Shown: positions 15,078-25,170 of the stretch, piece by piece | Layout of the letters: every line of letters begins with the position of its first letter | How positions within the stretch are numbered: the first letter of the stretch is position 1 | Source of the DNA: a virus | Taxonomy: Duplodnaviria; Caudoviricetes | Reading direction: 5' to 3' (one strand) | IMG/VR virus record: IMGVR_UViG_3300037424_000408 | Location: 1-46,957 of that record | DNA length: 46,957 nucleotides | Notes under the pieces: model-generated | Seen by the model: the letters and a program-made list of their open reading frames with translations, nothing else | The model's database searches: none | What the model was told of the DNA's origin: nothing | Translations under genes and position numbers: made by a program

Positions 15078-18010
15078 GGACCGGGGACCTCCGTGGGGGT
15101 CTTCTCTTCTCTTGATGGCGCGTTCGCCGTCACTCCAAGCCCCAATATCACGAGTTGATTGTTGATACGCCGCGCCACTTCTTTCGGGGCCTGCTGACGC
15201 GCCGCCATCATGAGCGTTTGAGCCAGTTCGGGATCGTACATGGCACGGGCGAGCAACTTGTTCAGTTCGATCTCGTTCAGGTTCCCGATCGCCTTCAGGC
15301 CGGCGCGTGCCAACTTCGCGGTGTAACTGATGCCGGGGACGTGATCGAGCAGCCTGCCGACGATTCCTTGCGCGATCGCCGCCTTCTCGAACGTGTCGCT
15401 CCCACCACCGATCGGAGACTTAGCCGACCGCGCTTGGATCTCGATCGCCTTCTGGACATTGAGCAGCGCGTCGATCTTCTTAGGTTCGTCGTTGTACAAT
15501 GCCCGCATCGCAGGCTCGTACTTCTTCATGGCCTTGAGGATGCCCGCAGGACTGATGACCTGATCGCCGGCGATGGTCTTCGCCGTCGTTTCAGCCTCGG
15601 TGATGATGAAGTCCTTGAAGGAATTCTTCAGACCGACAAGGGCCTCCGGGTCGATCACGCCCTCGGAACTTTTCAGTTGCCCCATCAGGCGCCGCATGAT
15701 CTCGCCGGTGTTCTTCCCACTCACGCCTTCGGCACCCGCCATCGCGGCCTTGATCGCCTTTTCCGGGTCGGCGTTCAGCAACTTCTCGGCGACGGACTTC
15801 CCGAATTCGGCCTGCTGCAACTTGAGGTCGTCGAGTAGGACGTAGGCGTTCTTCACGTCGTCGAAGTCCTTGTTGATCCCGAACTTCTCAAGAACGCGAC
15901 GGTTGCGGTACACCCAATTCGAGAACTGCTTCGTGTTGATCTCGCCGGTCAATTTGTTCACGGCGCCGGAGTCGGCAAGATTCTCTGCGGCGTATTGCCG
16001 CATGACCGTCGAGGCGTTCTCCTGCCCCACGGCGCGAATGAAATCATCGGCCCCGTCGAGCGTGAACAGTTTGCCGGGGATCTGTGCGTCCGGCACGGCG
16101 CGACCGCTCGCCTGCTGACCCTTCTGAAGCACCTTGCCGACCGCCCCGGACCGGAACTTCAGGTAGTAGTCTCGGGCAAATTCCCGCGCCACCTGGTAGG
16201 CGTTGTCACCGCCGAGCGCGGCCTCGATGTCGGCGTCGATCGCGTTCTTCAACGAGTACAGCCTTCGCGCCATCGGGAGGTTCGGATTCGCCCCCGTCAC
16301 GGCGTCCGATATCTGCCGGCCGATGTCCTTGCGGAGCGAGTGCAACTCCTGGAACCCGCGCTCACCTATGTCGGACATCGCCGCGTTGACCCGCGAGGTC
16401 GCCTTCGCCAACTTGTCGGCGTACACGTCCTTGGAGGCCCCGAGTACGGGATTGCTCTGAAGCCACTCGACGAACGTGGTCGGATCCATCTTCTCGCCAG
16501 CGGCGAAGCCCGCGATCTCTCCTTCTCCGGCCAACTCCTGCGCCACTTTGTCCCACGGCGTACCTTTGTCCCTGGAGAACAGTTTGTAGAGGTTCCTCTG
16601 CTGAGTCGCCTTCAACTGTTCTTCGATGTCGGGAGTCATCTTGATCTTGCTTTTCTGATACCGCGAGAACGCCGTTTCGAGGCCCTTCTTCGCGAGGCGT
16701 TCGGCGCGGTCGGCAACCTTCGGATCTACCGGAGGTGTCTCGCCGGCTGGCAGTTCGGCGTCCGTGACCTTACCCTTCAGAACCTTCTTGATCTTCGCGA
16801 CGATCCCGGACGGGTACACGGCCTCCTCGCCGGGTGTGAACTCCGCTTCGAGGGCCTTGACGGCATCCTTGGTGGCCGAAGTTTTCACCGGGGGGTTGCC
16901 CACCTCGGCGTAGAGCGCGTTTTTCTGCTCCGCTTGCGGTATTCGCGCTTCCTCGATCGCCGCAACCGCCGCCTGACCGGATTCCTGCTTCCCTGCCGTC
17001 GGCAACGCCTCCCGCGCCTTGTCGGCTTCAGCCTGCATGAAATCGACCGTCTTTTCCGCGTTCCCCTTCTTCTTCTTCAGCGCGTCGATCACCTCGTCGA
17101 TCGACTCGTCCCCCTTGAACTCGTTCGCGAGGTAATCCTTGACGGCGTAGGTGTTCGCGGCCTTCTTCTGTGCCATCAGATCGGCGGCGTCTCCGCGGCC
17201 CGCTTCGAGGGTACGCTGGAGCTTGATGAGGCCCGGGTCCCCGGTCTGTTCGGCGATGGTCGCCTCGTACCCGGGGATTTCCTTCGCCACCTTGGCCGCT
17301 TCCGCGGCGTTGGCATCGTAGACGGGCGATGGGCTTGCGGATTCGTCAAGAACTTGGCCGGCGCGGTTCCGCAACTGCGTCTCGGTGAGGGTCGGGGCGC
17401 CGCGCTTGGCGGCCTGAAATACCTGCCTACCCTTCTGGTAGAGGGCGGGGCCAGCGGCTACCGCACCACCGCCGACGAGTTGGGCGGCCAAGTCGATTCC
17501 CGGGGAATCAGGGGCGGCTTCCCGTGCGATGCCGGATGCCGCTCCAGCACCTACCGCCGTCTTCCCCGCCAACTTCGCCGCTTCTACGAGTTTCGGCGCA
17601 TATTTTAACTTCCCCGCAAGGTACGCTTCGGCACCAACGCCGGGGATCATCATCGGAACTACTTGTTCACCAATGGCACCGATGATCTTCTCGCCTGTAG
17701 TTTCAGGCGCAGGGGGATTCGGCATGAAGGTTTTCTGTACACCTTTCGCCCCAAGATTGTTCCTGATCCAAGAGGCCACATCTCCCATGCCGAACGTGTC
17801 AAGCGCATCAGCGGCGGCATCGAATGGCATTCCCGCAAGATTTGCTGTTCCCTTTACCAAGCCCCCCGCCAAGACATCGGCACCATGATACAGGTCCCTT
17901 GGTAGCGTCTTCAGGGAACGAGTGGGCGCGGCCACGGGGACGGCCTCGTCCCACCCTGGCGGCGCTACCTTTACGACGCCCTCATCCCAACCGGCAGGGG
18001 CTTCGTTCAT
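15074..18010 (-). CDS. large internal virion/DNA ejection protein
   Basis: 978 aa, Ala/Lys-rich helical; third of three genes at the P22 ejection-protein position. Confidence 0.65.
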   Translation of the reverse strand: MNEAPAGWDEGVVKVAPPGWDEAVPVAAPTRSLKTLPRDLYHGADVLAGGLVKGTANLAGMPFDAAADALDTFGMGDVASWIRNNLGAKGVQKTFMPNPPAPETTGEKIIGAIGEQVVPMMIPGVGAEAYLAGKLKYAPKLVEAAKLAGKTAVGAGAASGIAREAAPDSPGIDLAAQLVGGGAVAAGPALYQKGRQVFQAAKRGAPTLTETQLRNRAGQVLDESASPSPVYDANAAEAAKVAKEIPGYEATIAEQTGDPGLIKLQRTLEAGRGDAADLMAQKKAANTYAVKDYLANEFKGDESIDEVIDALKKKKGNAEKTVDFMQAEADKAREALPTAGKQESGQAAVAAIEEARIPQAEQKNALYAEVGNPPVKTSATKDAVKALEAEFTPGEEAVYPSGIVAKIKKVLKGKVTDAELPAGETPPVDPKVADRAERLAKKGLETAFSRYQKSKIKMTPDIEEQLKATQQRNLYKLFSRDKGTPWDKVAQELAGEGEIAGFAAGEKMDPTTFVEWLQSNPVLGASKDVYADKLAKATSRVNAAMSDIGERGFQELHSLRKDIGRQISDAVTGANPNLPMARRLYSLKNAIDADIEAALGGDNAYQVAREFARDYYLKFRSGAVGKVLQKGQQASGRAVPDAQIPGKLFTLDGADDFIRAVGQENASTVMRQYAAENLADSGAVNKLTGEINTKQFSNWVYRNRRVLEKFGINKDFDDVKNAYVLLDDLKLQQAEFGKSVAEKLLNADPEKAIKAAMAGAEGVSGKNTGEIMRRLMGQLKSSEGVIDPEALVGLKNSFKDFIITEAETTAKTIAGDQVISPAGILKAMKKYEPAMRALYNDEPKKIDALLNVQKAIEIQARSAKSPIGGGSDTFEKAAIAQGIVGRLLDHVPGISYTAKLARAGLKAIGNLNEIELNKLLARAMYDPELAQTLMMAARQQAPKEVARRINNQLVILGLGVTANAPSREEKTPTEVPGP

Positions 18011-19812
18011 CGCTTTTTATACGTCCCGTCAGAGAATTTGTCCCACACTGTTCCATCCTTCAGGGTGCGAGTCTCAACAACGGCGACCTTATCGGATTCG
18101 GCCTTCTCCGAAGCCCTGCGTTGTGTCTCCGCGCCGATCCCGGGAATCCCACCGCGTAGCATCTTGACCTGCGTATTGAACCGCGCCATCGCGCTGTCGA
18201 GATACGCCTTGCTCGGCGTCGTCGTGCCGGGGACCACGGATGCGATCGCCGACCGGAGCATGTCGGACCCTTGCCCCATTCCGCCGACGGTACGCAGGGA
18301 GAACGCGCTCTCACGAAGGTTCTTGGCCGCCGTCACATAATCTATTTCATCTCGCGTCAGCGTCTTACCTATATCTCCATGGATAAGGTTTCGCAACGCG
18401 CTACCGTCATCATCCACCTTGAGAACGAAGGCGAACTTTGCCATCTGCGATTGCGTAAACTTGATCTTTTTCGCGGCGTCCTGCAACTGCTTCGCCGACG
18501 TTTCGATTTCGTCGAAGATGGCGAGACGAGACTTGAGTTTTATCCCCTGTTCGGCTCCTGTGTACCGAGGCGGAAGGCCCTTTTTTGCGTTACTGGCATC
18601 GCCATCGTTGATCTCCCTCTTCGTCTTGAACCCGATGGCCCCCGTGTTCGTGTCGTAGACGCTGATGGGGTTCTGAAGCATCATTTCAAGTCGCATCTTC
18701 CCGTACTCTTCCGCCCCGAGTTTCTTTTCACGCTCGTAGGCTGCCATGAACCTTTTGTCTTCATCGGACACAGGGAATCTCGCAGGATCGTTCATGCCGG
18801 CCCGCGTCATCAATTCGAGATATCTGGCCCTCGGGTCTTCCTTGCCAGCCGCCTTGCGGTCAATTTCCTGATCGTACTTCTTCACTTCAGGATCGGCCTT
18901 CGCCTCGTCCCGCGTCTTGTATTTCCCCGCGGCGACCAGCGCATCCACCTTCAGGTCCCTGTCGTGCTCCAACTTGCCGATGTCGGAGAGGGGCTTCGCC
19001 GCCCCCGCTGACGGCTTGAACCCGACCACCATGTTGCCCTTGGTTTTGATCGCATAGACCCCAGGTTTTGCGCTCTCGATCGCCTTTTTGACCACATCGG
19101 AATTTGCGTTCTTCGAGAGAGAATCCAACTGCTCTTGGGAGAAGTAGGACTCCGTTTCCGCCTCGCCCTTGCCGACCACGCGAAGCCTCTGGTTCTCCGG
19201 CCCATCCGGGTCGCCGATGAACCCGATCATAGAGGACAGGGCGGGGCTTTTCTTCCCGGCGCGGATCAGGGAATCAACCATATCCTGACTGCCGGTGTCC
19301 ACCGCCGATTTCAGGAGCGTCGTGAAGGTTTCTTTGGCCTCCTTCATGGCCGTCTGCCGCTGTGATTCCGCCGCCGAATACCGGCCCCACGCCTCGGGGG
19401 AGTAGGGGATTCGGGCCGCAGGTGCGGAAAACGCATTCCCGCCTTCCGGCGGCAACGCCATCGGGGGTACCCATCCTGGCGGCGTAGGAGCCGCTGTTGG
19501 GGCTTGAGGCCCACCGGCAAGGGCATTCTGAGGGGGAGCGGCACCCGCAGCCATAACGTTCCCCTGCTCCGCCGACAAGCCTATATTCATCGCCGTCTCG
19601 CGCTGTGCGCGCTGGATCTTCTCGGCCTCGGCCCGTTGCGCTTCCTCCATGAAGAGGATCCGGTTCTGAATCCTCGCTCGCTCCAGTTCTGCCGCCGACT
19701 GCATCTGCCGCATCGGCTGGTCCTGAAGGTGCTGTCGCACCGCCAAGGCGTTCCCGATCGAATTGATATTGATGTACGGCGTCTCGGCGAGCATTCGGTA
19801 ATCTACAGGCAT
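18007..19812 (-). CDS. internal virion/DNA ejection protein
   Basis: 601 aa, Gln/Ala-rich N-terminus; position. Confidence 0.6.
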   Translation of the reverse strand: MPVDYRMLAETPYININSIGNALAVRQHLQDQPMRQMQSAAELERARIQNRILFMEEAQRAEAEKIQRAQRETAMNIGLSAEQGNVMAAGAAPPQNALAGGPQAPTAAPTPPGWVPPMALPPEGGNAFSAPAARIPYSPEAWGRYSAAESQRQTAMKEAKETFTTLLKSAVDTGSQDMVDSLIRAGKKSPALSSMIGFIGDPDGPENQRLRVVGKGEAETESYFSQEQLDSLSKNANSDVVKKAIESAKPGVYAIKTKGNMVVGFKPSAGAAKPLSDIGKLEHDRDLKVDALVAAGKYKTRDEAKADPEVKKYDQEIDRKAAGKEDPRARYLELMTRAGMNDPARFPVSDEDKRFMAAYEREKKLGAEEYGKMRLEMMLQNPISVYDTNTGAIGFKTKREINDGDASNAKKGLPPRYTGAEQGIKLKSRLAIFDEIETSAKQLQDAAKKIKFTQSQMAKFAFVLKVDDDGSALRNLIHGDIGKTLTRDEIDYVTAAKNLRESAFSLRTVGGMGQGSDMLRSAIASVVPGTTTPSKAYLDSAMARFNTQVKMLRGGIPGIGAETQRRASEKAESDKVAVVETRTLKDGTVWDKFSDGTYKKR

Positions 19813-19821
19813 TTTAGCCCC

Positions 19822-20475
19822 CTACACCCAGAGCGCGTTGAATGAATCTTGCGAGATGTAGTCCGCCGCCGGCTGCTTGTACATGTAGTACGAGGCGATC
19901 GCATTTTCGGTGTCCCGGACTCCGCCTGCGAGCGCGTTCGCCCCGGCGACCTGCCCCTGCGCGATGTTCTGGCCCGCCTGGTTCAGGTAATTCGCCATGA
20001 CGTTGCCGGTCTGCACGCCCATGTTGCCCATCTGCTGACTCTGCACCTGACCCGTGCCCGACATCCCTGCGAGGCGGTTGTACACGTTCTGGAACTCCTG
20101 GGACGCGAGGTTCTGCCCGTAATCCTGCAACGCCACGCCCATGTTCCCGGAGCCGTAGTTCCCTGAGGCCGCACCCGCCGCGGCGAGGGCGTTGATCCCC
20201 TCCTGCTTGCGGAACTCGTACCCTGGGTCCATCAGGGAGCGCCAGTCTCCCGAGGCAGGCGTTTCGCCCGTACCGCCGGGCACGGTGGGTTGGCCCATGA
20301 GTGCGTTCATCTGGTTCAGGGCGTTGACCCCGGACTGTCGCCACGGCTCCATCGCCGCCTGCTGCTCCTGGAACATCTTGTACTGTTGGGCGGCGGCGGA
20401 ATTTGCGGCATCAGCCGAGGTGTCAGCCGCGTCCTTCGTGGCCTCGGACTGGAAGATCCCGGAGACGACGCTCAT
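19822..20475 (-). CDS. DNA transfer/ejection protein (P22 gp7-like position)
   Basis: Gly/Ala/Gln-rich; PWRQSG.NAL, DPGYEFR..EG..AL, SGN...ALQDYGQ.LASQEF motifs. Confidence 0.75.
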   Translation of the reverse strand: MSVVSGIFQSEATKDAADTSADAANSAAAQQYKMFQEQQAAMEPWRQSGVNALNQMNALMGQPTVPGGTGETPASGDWRSLMDPGYEFRKQEGINALAAAGAASGNYGSGNMGVALQDYGQNLASQEFQNVYNRLAGMSGTGQVQSQQMGNMGVQTGNVMANYLNQAGQNIAQGQVAGANALAGGVRDTENAIASYYMYKQPAADYISQDSFNALWV

Positions 20476-20918
20476 GACTGCACCTCCCGCTCAAAATGCG
20501 TTTCGATCAGTTTGTACCCGCGGCGAACGTACAACAGGCTCAACTCATCAGAGTGTGAATCGGCCAGATGAACCATCGCCACCTTCTGGCACCCCTGACG
20601 CTTCGCCCATTCCTCGAAGGCGATCATCAATTTCAGCCCTCTCCCGCGATGCTCCGGAGCAACGTACCAGAACGTCTCCACGGCGATCTTTTCATCCGAG
20701 ATCATGCTCGGGCCGCAAATGCCTCCAAGACCGCCCTGAATGTTGCCCGTCGCGTCGTCGCACAGAAGGAATATCACTCCAGTCCCCCGGTCGATGCGCT
20801 CGGCGTGCATCCTCGCCGTGTAGTCCACGTCCACGCGGATCAATTTCGAGTCTTCCTCGAAACGCTTCATGAAGGCGGCGATCGCCTGGCATTCGGATGA
20901 CAGGGCCTTCCGGATCAT
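20472..20918 (-). CDS. GNAT-family acetyltransferase
   Basis: FWYVAPEHRGRG...FEEWAK...LYVRRGY. Confidence 0.85.
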   Translation of the reverse strand: MIRKALSSECQAIAAFMKRFEEDSKLIRVDVDYTARMHAERIDRGTGVIFLLCDDATGNIQGGLGGICGPSMISDEKIAVETFWYVAPEHRGRGLKLMIAFEEWAKRQGCQKVAMVHLADSHSDELSLLYVRRGYKLIETHFEREVQS

Positions 20919-21862
20919 CGGGTCAGCCCCTCATTGATGAGTCCAGTCGTTACAAGATTGTTCACCGTGCCGTCTTTCGCACGATAGTACGGAGGGCAGT
21001 TGATGTCGTTAAGGTCCACGTTGCTCTTGTCGTACCAGGATACCAGTTTTATATCCATGTCCTCTACGATGAGATTGGCGTAACTGAGTTTGTTGTTCTC
21101 TTTGGCGTTGATTGTCGCGCCGAACTTTTTCATGTACTTGAGCATATCGGAAACGAAGATTTTCGCTACAGTTTCTTTCGTGCTCCACAGGGGAGACGCC
21201 GCCTTGATCCGCATCGAACACAGAACGTCCTTGAACTCGCGGTACGTCTCCACCGCCTCGTCTATCTGAGCCACATCGTCAATTACCCAGAAAGAAGACC
21301 CGATCTTCACGCCACGCTCACGGGCCAGTTCGAGCACTTGGCGGTCCTTGCCGCCGCTTTCCTTGTGGAACGAGAGGGCGATGGCCGCCATACCGTCCAT
21401 CCGAAGACCCGCATCGAGCAGGCCATCGAACAGGCCGTCTTCGAGAAGTTTCACTCCGTTGGTCAGCAGCCACGTCTCGCCCATGACCTTCAGCCGGCGG
21501 ATGATCTCCAGAAGGTCTGGATGAAGCGTCGGTTCTCCACCAGTGAGAATGAACGGGGCATCGTAAGCCCGGTCGCTTGCCTCGGCGATGATGTCTTCTT
21601 TCAGCCTGTCCGATCCGTTGCACGGGTAGTAGCAGTATTTGCACTTCAGATTGCACCGTGAAGTCACGTCGATCATGTAACCGTCATAAAGTGTTTTGCA
21701 TTTCTGTTGGAGGCACCATAGATACCACTCGGGATCCCGCTCGACCATGCCGACGAAGCACCCGTGCTCTGGGCAGATTTTTATCATGTGAACCACGGTT
21801 CCAAGCGCCACGTCGGCCTCGATCGTTTTGTAGCACATCGGGCAGATGGATCGCGTCAGCAT
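20915..21862 (-). CDS. radical SAM protein with N-terminal Cys/His (Zn-like) domain
   Basis: TRSICPMC...KICPEHG; CNLKCKYC (CxxxCxxC); LTGGEPTLHP; LTNG. Confidence 0.9.
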   Translation of the reverse strand: MLTRSICPMCYKTIEADVALGTVVHMIKICPEHGCFVGMVERDPEWYLWCLQQKCKTLYDGYMIDVTSRCNLKCKYCYYPCNGSDRLKEDIIAEASDRAYDAPFILTGGEPTLHPDLLEIIRRLKVMGETWLLTNGVKLLEDGLFDGLLDAGLRMDGMAAIALSFHKESGGKDRQVLELARERGVKIGSSFWVIDDVAQIDEAVETYREFKDVLCSMRIKAASPLWSTKETVAKIFVSDMLKYMKKFGATINAKENNKLSYANLIVEDMDIKLVSWYDKSNVDLNDINCPPYYRAKDGTVNNLVTTGLINEGLTR

Positions 21863-22965
21863 ACGGCGTCAGGGTAGCAGTTCATCCCTCTCCCTTCCGC
21901 GAACTCACGGAACGTCCGCGACAGAACTTCCCGGTCCTTGCCGAAGATCCCCGGCTTCGCCTTGATGCCGAGGAACGGTTGCAGGAGGGCCGGGAACACG
22001 TTGTATTGCTTCGGCACGGAAACGAACTCGGCCATCACATCGCTGACCGTCTCGCCCTCGAAGCCAAGAAGCAGGTTCCCGTGATACTTGATCCCGTGCT
22101 TGTGGAGCAGATTCAGGGTCCGCACGTTGTCGGCCACGAACGTCTTCTTCCCCATCATGTCGAGGCGCCGCTGGACGAACGACTCCACGCCGACGACGAA
22201 GTACTCGCACCCTGATTTCTTCGCCGCGACCGCCATCTGCTCGTCGAACCGATCGGTGCGGATCGCCGCGGACCACTTCATATCGCGAGATGCCATCCCG
22301 TCGCAGAACTCCATGAAGCGGGGCTTCTTCACGTTCAGCGTGTTGTCTGAAATAACGAACATTTCCGTGTGGTATTTATTTTTATAATAGTCAATTTCAT
22401 CGAATACATCGCGTAGATTCCTGCATTGATATTTACACGTATGGCAACAGAATGAGCAGTTAAACGGGCATCCCCTTGACGTTAGAACACCTATATATTT
22501 TACAGAGTGTCTGTCGTTGTATTCATCAATTCCAAAGCCATCGTAGTCCGGGTATGGCAACATGGATAAATCTGGAGAAATACCTTCGAATACTCCATCT
22601 GCTTCAATCGCCTCATGTACTACAACTTCACCTTCCCTGACCACAACAGAATCAACTATTCCAGACATCTTTTCCGTGCAATAAGTCGCGAGTGCGCCTC
22701 CAACCACCGTCCTTATTCCCTCATCCCTGCATGTAGCAGCATCCATTTTTATTCTTTCGTAAAACTCTTGCCCTCCAGTAAATAACACTACATCTTGGCC
22801 TTTAATTTCTTCCTTGAAGTCATAGTTCCATAAGTTATAGTTCAATATTTTAACCGTATGACCGTGTTGTTTTAGGATTGACGATATGTAAAGAATGCCG
22901 AAAGGAAAACAGCAGGGATCTGATATGCTGACACCATATCTGTAACATACAATTACTGCGTTCAA
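21856..22965 (-). CDS. cobalamin-binding radical SAM protein (class B methyltransferase-like)
   Basis: FPFGILYISSILKQHGH and VVGG...VVVREGE (B12 domain); TSRGCPFNCSFC; GVES; TTG start coupled to the HNH stop, GGAGG RBS. Confidence 0.88.
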   Translation of the reverse strand: MNAVIVCYRYGVSISDPCCFPFGILYISSILKQHGHTVKILNYNLWNYDFKEEIKGQDVVLFTGGQEFYERIKMDAATCRDEGIRTVVGGALATYCTEKMSGIVDSVVVREGEVVVHEAIEADGVFEGISPDLSMLPYPDYDGFGIDEYNDRHSVKYIGVLTSRGCPFNCSFCCHTCKYQCRNLRDVFDEIDYYKNKYHTEMFVISDNTLNVKKPRFMEFCDGMASRDMKWSAAIRTDRFDEQMAVAAKKSGCEYFVVGVESFVQRRLDMMGKKTFVADNVRTLNLLHKHGIKYHGNLLLGFEGETVSDVMAEFVSVPKQYNVFPALLQPFLGIKAKPGIFGKDREVLSRTFREFAEGRGMNCYPDAVC

Positions 22966-23435
22966 CTTACATGCCTCCATGCCGTTCCGCACTTTATTTG
23001 CGATATTCTGCATTTTGACATGCCATACTTCTTTGCTATATCAATAACCCTGATATTATTTCGCAACATTTCTTTTATTGATACTACGTCATTTTCGGTT
23101 AATTTTGATAATTTATGCTGTTCGCCTTTTATTCCCCTACCCTTGATGTCTCTGTCTTTAATGTTGTCCATCTGTGTGCCGACGAACAGATGTTTTACGT
23201 TCACGCAAGCCTTGTTGTCGCACTTATGAAGAACCTTCATCCCTTCCGGTATCGGTCCGATTGCCTCTTCCCACGCCACACGATGCGCCCTAAGATTTCT
23301 TTTATTTATGCCCAACTGTCCATACCCATCCATTGCCAGAGATCCTACCCACAGCGTACATCCTGACATTGGTTCTGGCATACTGTAGTAGTCCAGCTTT
23401 TCCGAAACCGACAATCCCTGTGTGTTATCCCTCAT
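22962..23435 (-). CDS. HNH homing endonuclease with C-terminal HTH
   Basis: GYG...RAHRVAW...VLHKCDNKACVNVKHLF.GT..DN..D; GEQHKLSKLTE; GGAGG RBS before ATG23435. Confidence 0.9.
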   Translation of the reverse strand: MRDNTQGLSVSEKLDYYSMPEPMSGCTLWVGSLAMDGYGQLGINKRNLRAHRVAWEEAIGPIPEGMKVLHKCDNKACVNVKHLFVGTQMDNIKDRDIKGRGIKGEQHKLSKLTENDVVSIKEMLRNNIRVIDIAKKYGMSKCRISQIKCGTAWRHVS

Positions 23436-23549
23436 TCCGCACCTCCGTAGCGCGTCCGGGGTTGCGAACGCCCAGGGTGGCCGGAAACCACCTTTTCCCT
23501 CCGTCGAGGTAGGGCGTCCGTACTTCGGCAGGATTAGGGCCAGATTCAC
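23425..23549 (-). pseudogene. remnant resembling the 5' end of a B12-radical SAM gene
   Basis: AGGAGG RBS plus GTG start giving MNLALILPKYG, parallel to MNAVIVCYRYG at the start of the downstream B12-rSAM. Confidence 0.4.
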
Positions 23550-23755
23550 CGTTTCCTCCTACGGAAACATGGGATGAAGGTATTATCTGTCCCTTCGGGG
23601 GGTGTTCCCCCTGCCGCCAGCACCCCTGAATACGAGAACGCAACGTGCTGCCGGCCCCCTTGGGAGAGTGTGCCGTCGGGCAGCACGGGAGAGAGCAGCA
23701 ATCCGAACAGGGCGACTGAGGATGCACGTTTGCTTCTCGTGTCGAGATTCGCCAT
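23546..23755 (-). CDS. small hypothetical structural-region protein
   Basis: TAATG coupling; LDTRSKRASS...RQHVAFSYSGV. Confidence 0.6.
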   Translation of the reverse strand: MANLDTRSKRASSVALFGLLLSPVLPDGTLSQGGRQHVAFSYSGVLAAGGTPPEGTDNTFIPCFRRRKR

Positions 23756-25170
23756 TACGGACCGCTCCCGATTTCGCCGCGAGTGAACGTGGTCGCGTCG
23801 TCGCTCACGCTTGCCTTTTGGTCTACCGTGGTCCCGGCATCGTCGTAGACGGATAGGGTCGTCGCATCCTGAGTAACCTTATTGCGAAGGAACTTGAACA
23901 GGTACCCTATCTTTTTCGCCAGCGTATTCGTCGCCGCTGGCGCTTCCTGCCCCGGCTCCGCGAACGTGTCCACGTTAAGCACGTCGAGGACTTCAGCGTT
24001 TACTTGCGCGGGGGTAGCGCGGGCCGCAATGTCGGTCGGTAGGTTCGCCGCGTCCAGTTCCGCAAGCCTTCCTTCCGTACAGACGCTTGCAAGGGCCGCG
24101 CTGTCTGTTCCGCGCATAGCAGCGCCATCCAATCCAGCAACGTCAATGGCGATTACATCCGCCACCGCAGCCATCTTTCCGGGAGTACCAGCGTCTAGTT
24201 CAGATAGTCGAGCCTCCGTACAAACGGACGCCAACGCCGCACTATCGGTTCCTCGCATGGCGGCTCCGTCTAGTCCCGCAACGTCAACCGCGATAACATC
24301 GGCAACGTAGGCCATCTTCCCCGCTGTAATGGCGTCGAGTTCGGAAAGCCGCCCTTCCGTACATACCGACGCGAGGGCGGCAGAATCCGTGCCCCTCATC
24401 ACCGCACCGTCCAACCCTGCAACGTCAATGGCAATCGCCGCTGTGTCTACCTTCACCGCCGCAACGTCAGTATGGATATCGACCAAACCTCCGATGGCAT
24501 CGTCTAGCAGGTCGGTGTCGGCTTGGATCGTATCGACCACGCCCTTGACCGCGATGATATCCGCCGCTATGTCCGCACCTGCCGCATTAGTGATGACCGC
24601 CGCATATATTTCAGCGACCTCGGTGGATACCAGCGGGAAGGAATCGCCCGACTGCGGATTATGCGTCCCGGCGGCGACTGTTCCCACCACGCGGCCAAGA
24701 AGCGTTGTCGTCCCAGAGGAATCCGATGGGGCGTTCGTCAGCGCCGTCACCGTCGGGATCGTCACGCCGGTCTGCGTGGCCTGAAGGAGTACCTTACCGC
24801 TCGCATCGACATCGATAGTTCTGGCGGCGGTTATCGGCATCAGCGCGGAGCGTTTCTCGATGCTGAATCGCCCGACTACATACCCCACGACCGATATGCC
24901 GCTGACGGTACCGGCTGTCATTACAAGCGTGTAATCGGTCGCGGTGGCGTATCCGTTGCCGCTCGTCGCCACTACCCTGACGTTATGAAGTCCTGTCCGC
25001 GAGTCGAAGTCCACCGATAGCGTGATCCCGGCGGTGATTTCCGTGACGCTGTTGCCGGGATATGCGGAAACGACCGGAGTGCCCGCCATCGTGACCGGCA
25101 GCCCCGTACTGTCTATCGTCGTGAACTTGTGATCGAACGTATCGCCGAGCCGGATGTCGCCGATAAACAT
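23755..25170 (-). CDS. putative tail/fibre-like structural protein with 47-aa internal repeats
   Basis: Beta-rich N-terminal domain; ~3 copies of AIDVAGLDGAAMRGTDSAALASVCTEGRLSELDA... at 141-bp period. Confidence 0.7.
   Translation of the reverse strand: MFIGDIRLGDTFDHKFTTIDSTGLPVTMAGTPVVSAYPGNSVTEITAGITLSVDFDSRTGLHNVRVVATSGNGYATATDYTLVMTAGTVSGISVVGYVVGRFSIEKRSALMPITAARTIDVDASGKVLLQATQTGVTIPTVTALTNAPSDSSGTTTLLGRVVGTVAAGTHNPQSGDSFPLVSTEVAEIYAAVITNAAGADIAADIIAVKGVVDTIQADTDLLDDAIGGLVDIHTDVAAVKVDTAAIAIDVAGLDGAVMRGTDSAALASVCTEGRLSELDAITAGKMAYVADVIAVDVAGLDGAAMRGTDSAALASVCTEARLSELDAGTPGKMAAVADVIAIDVAGLDGAAMRGTDSAALASVCTEGRLAELDAANLPTDIAARATPAQVNAEVLDVLNVDTFAEPGQEAPAATNTLAKKIGYLFKFLRNKVTQDATTLSVYDDAGTTVDQKASVSDDATTFTRGEIGSGP

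Noticed and set aside
22962-23549. Group I intron or intein housing the HNH
   Set aside because: No recognisable P/Q/R/S core or intein end motifs; the HNH has its own RBS and the downstream gene has its own coupled start
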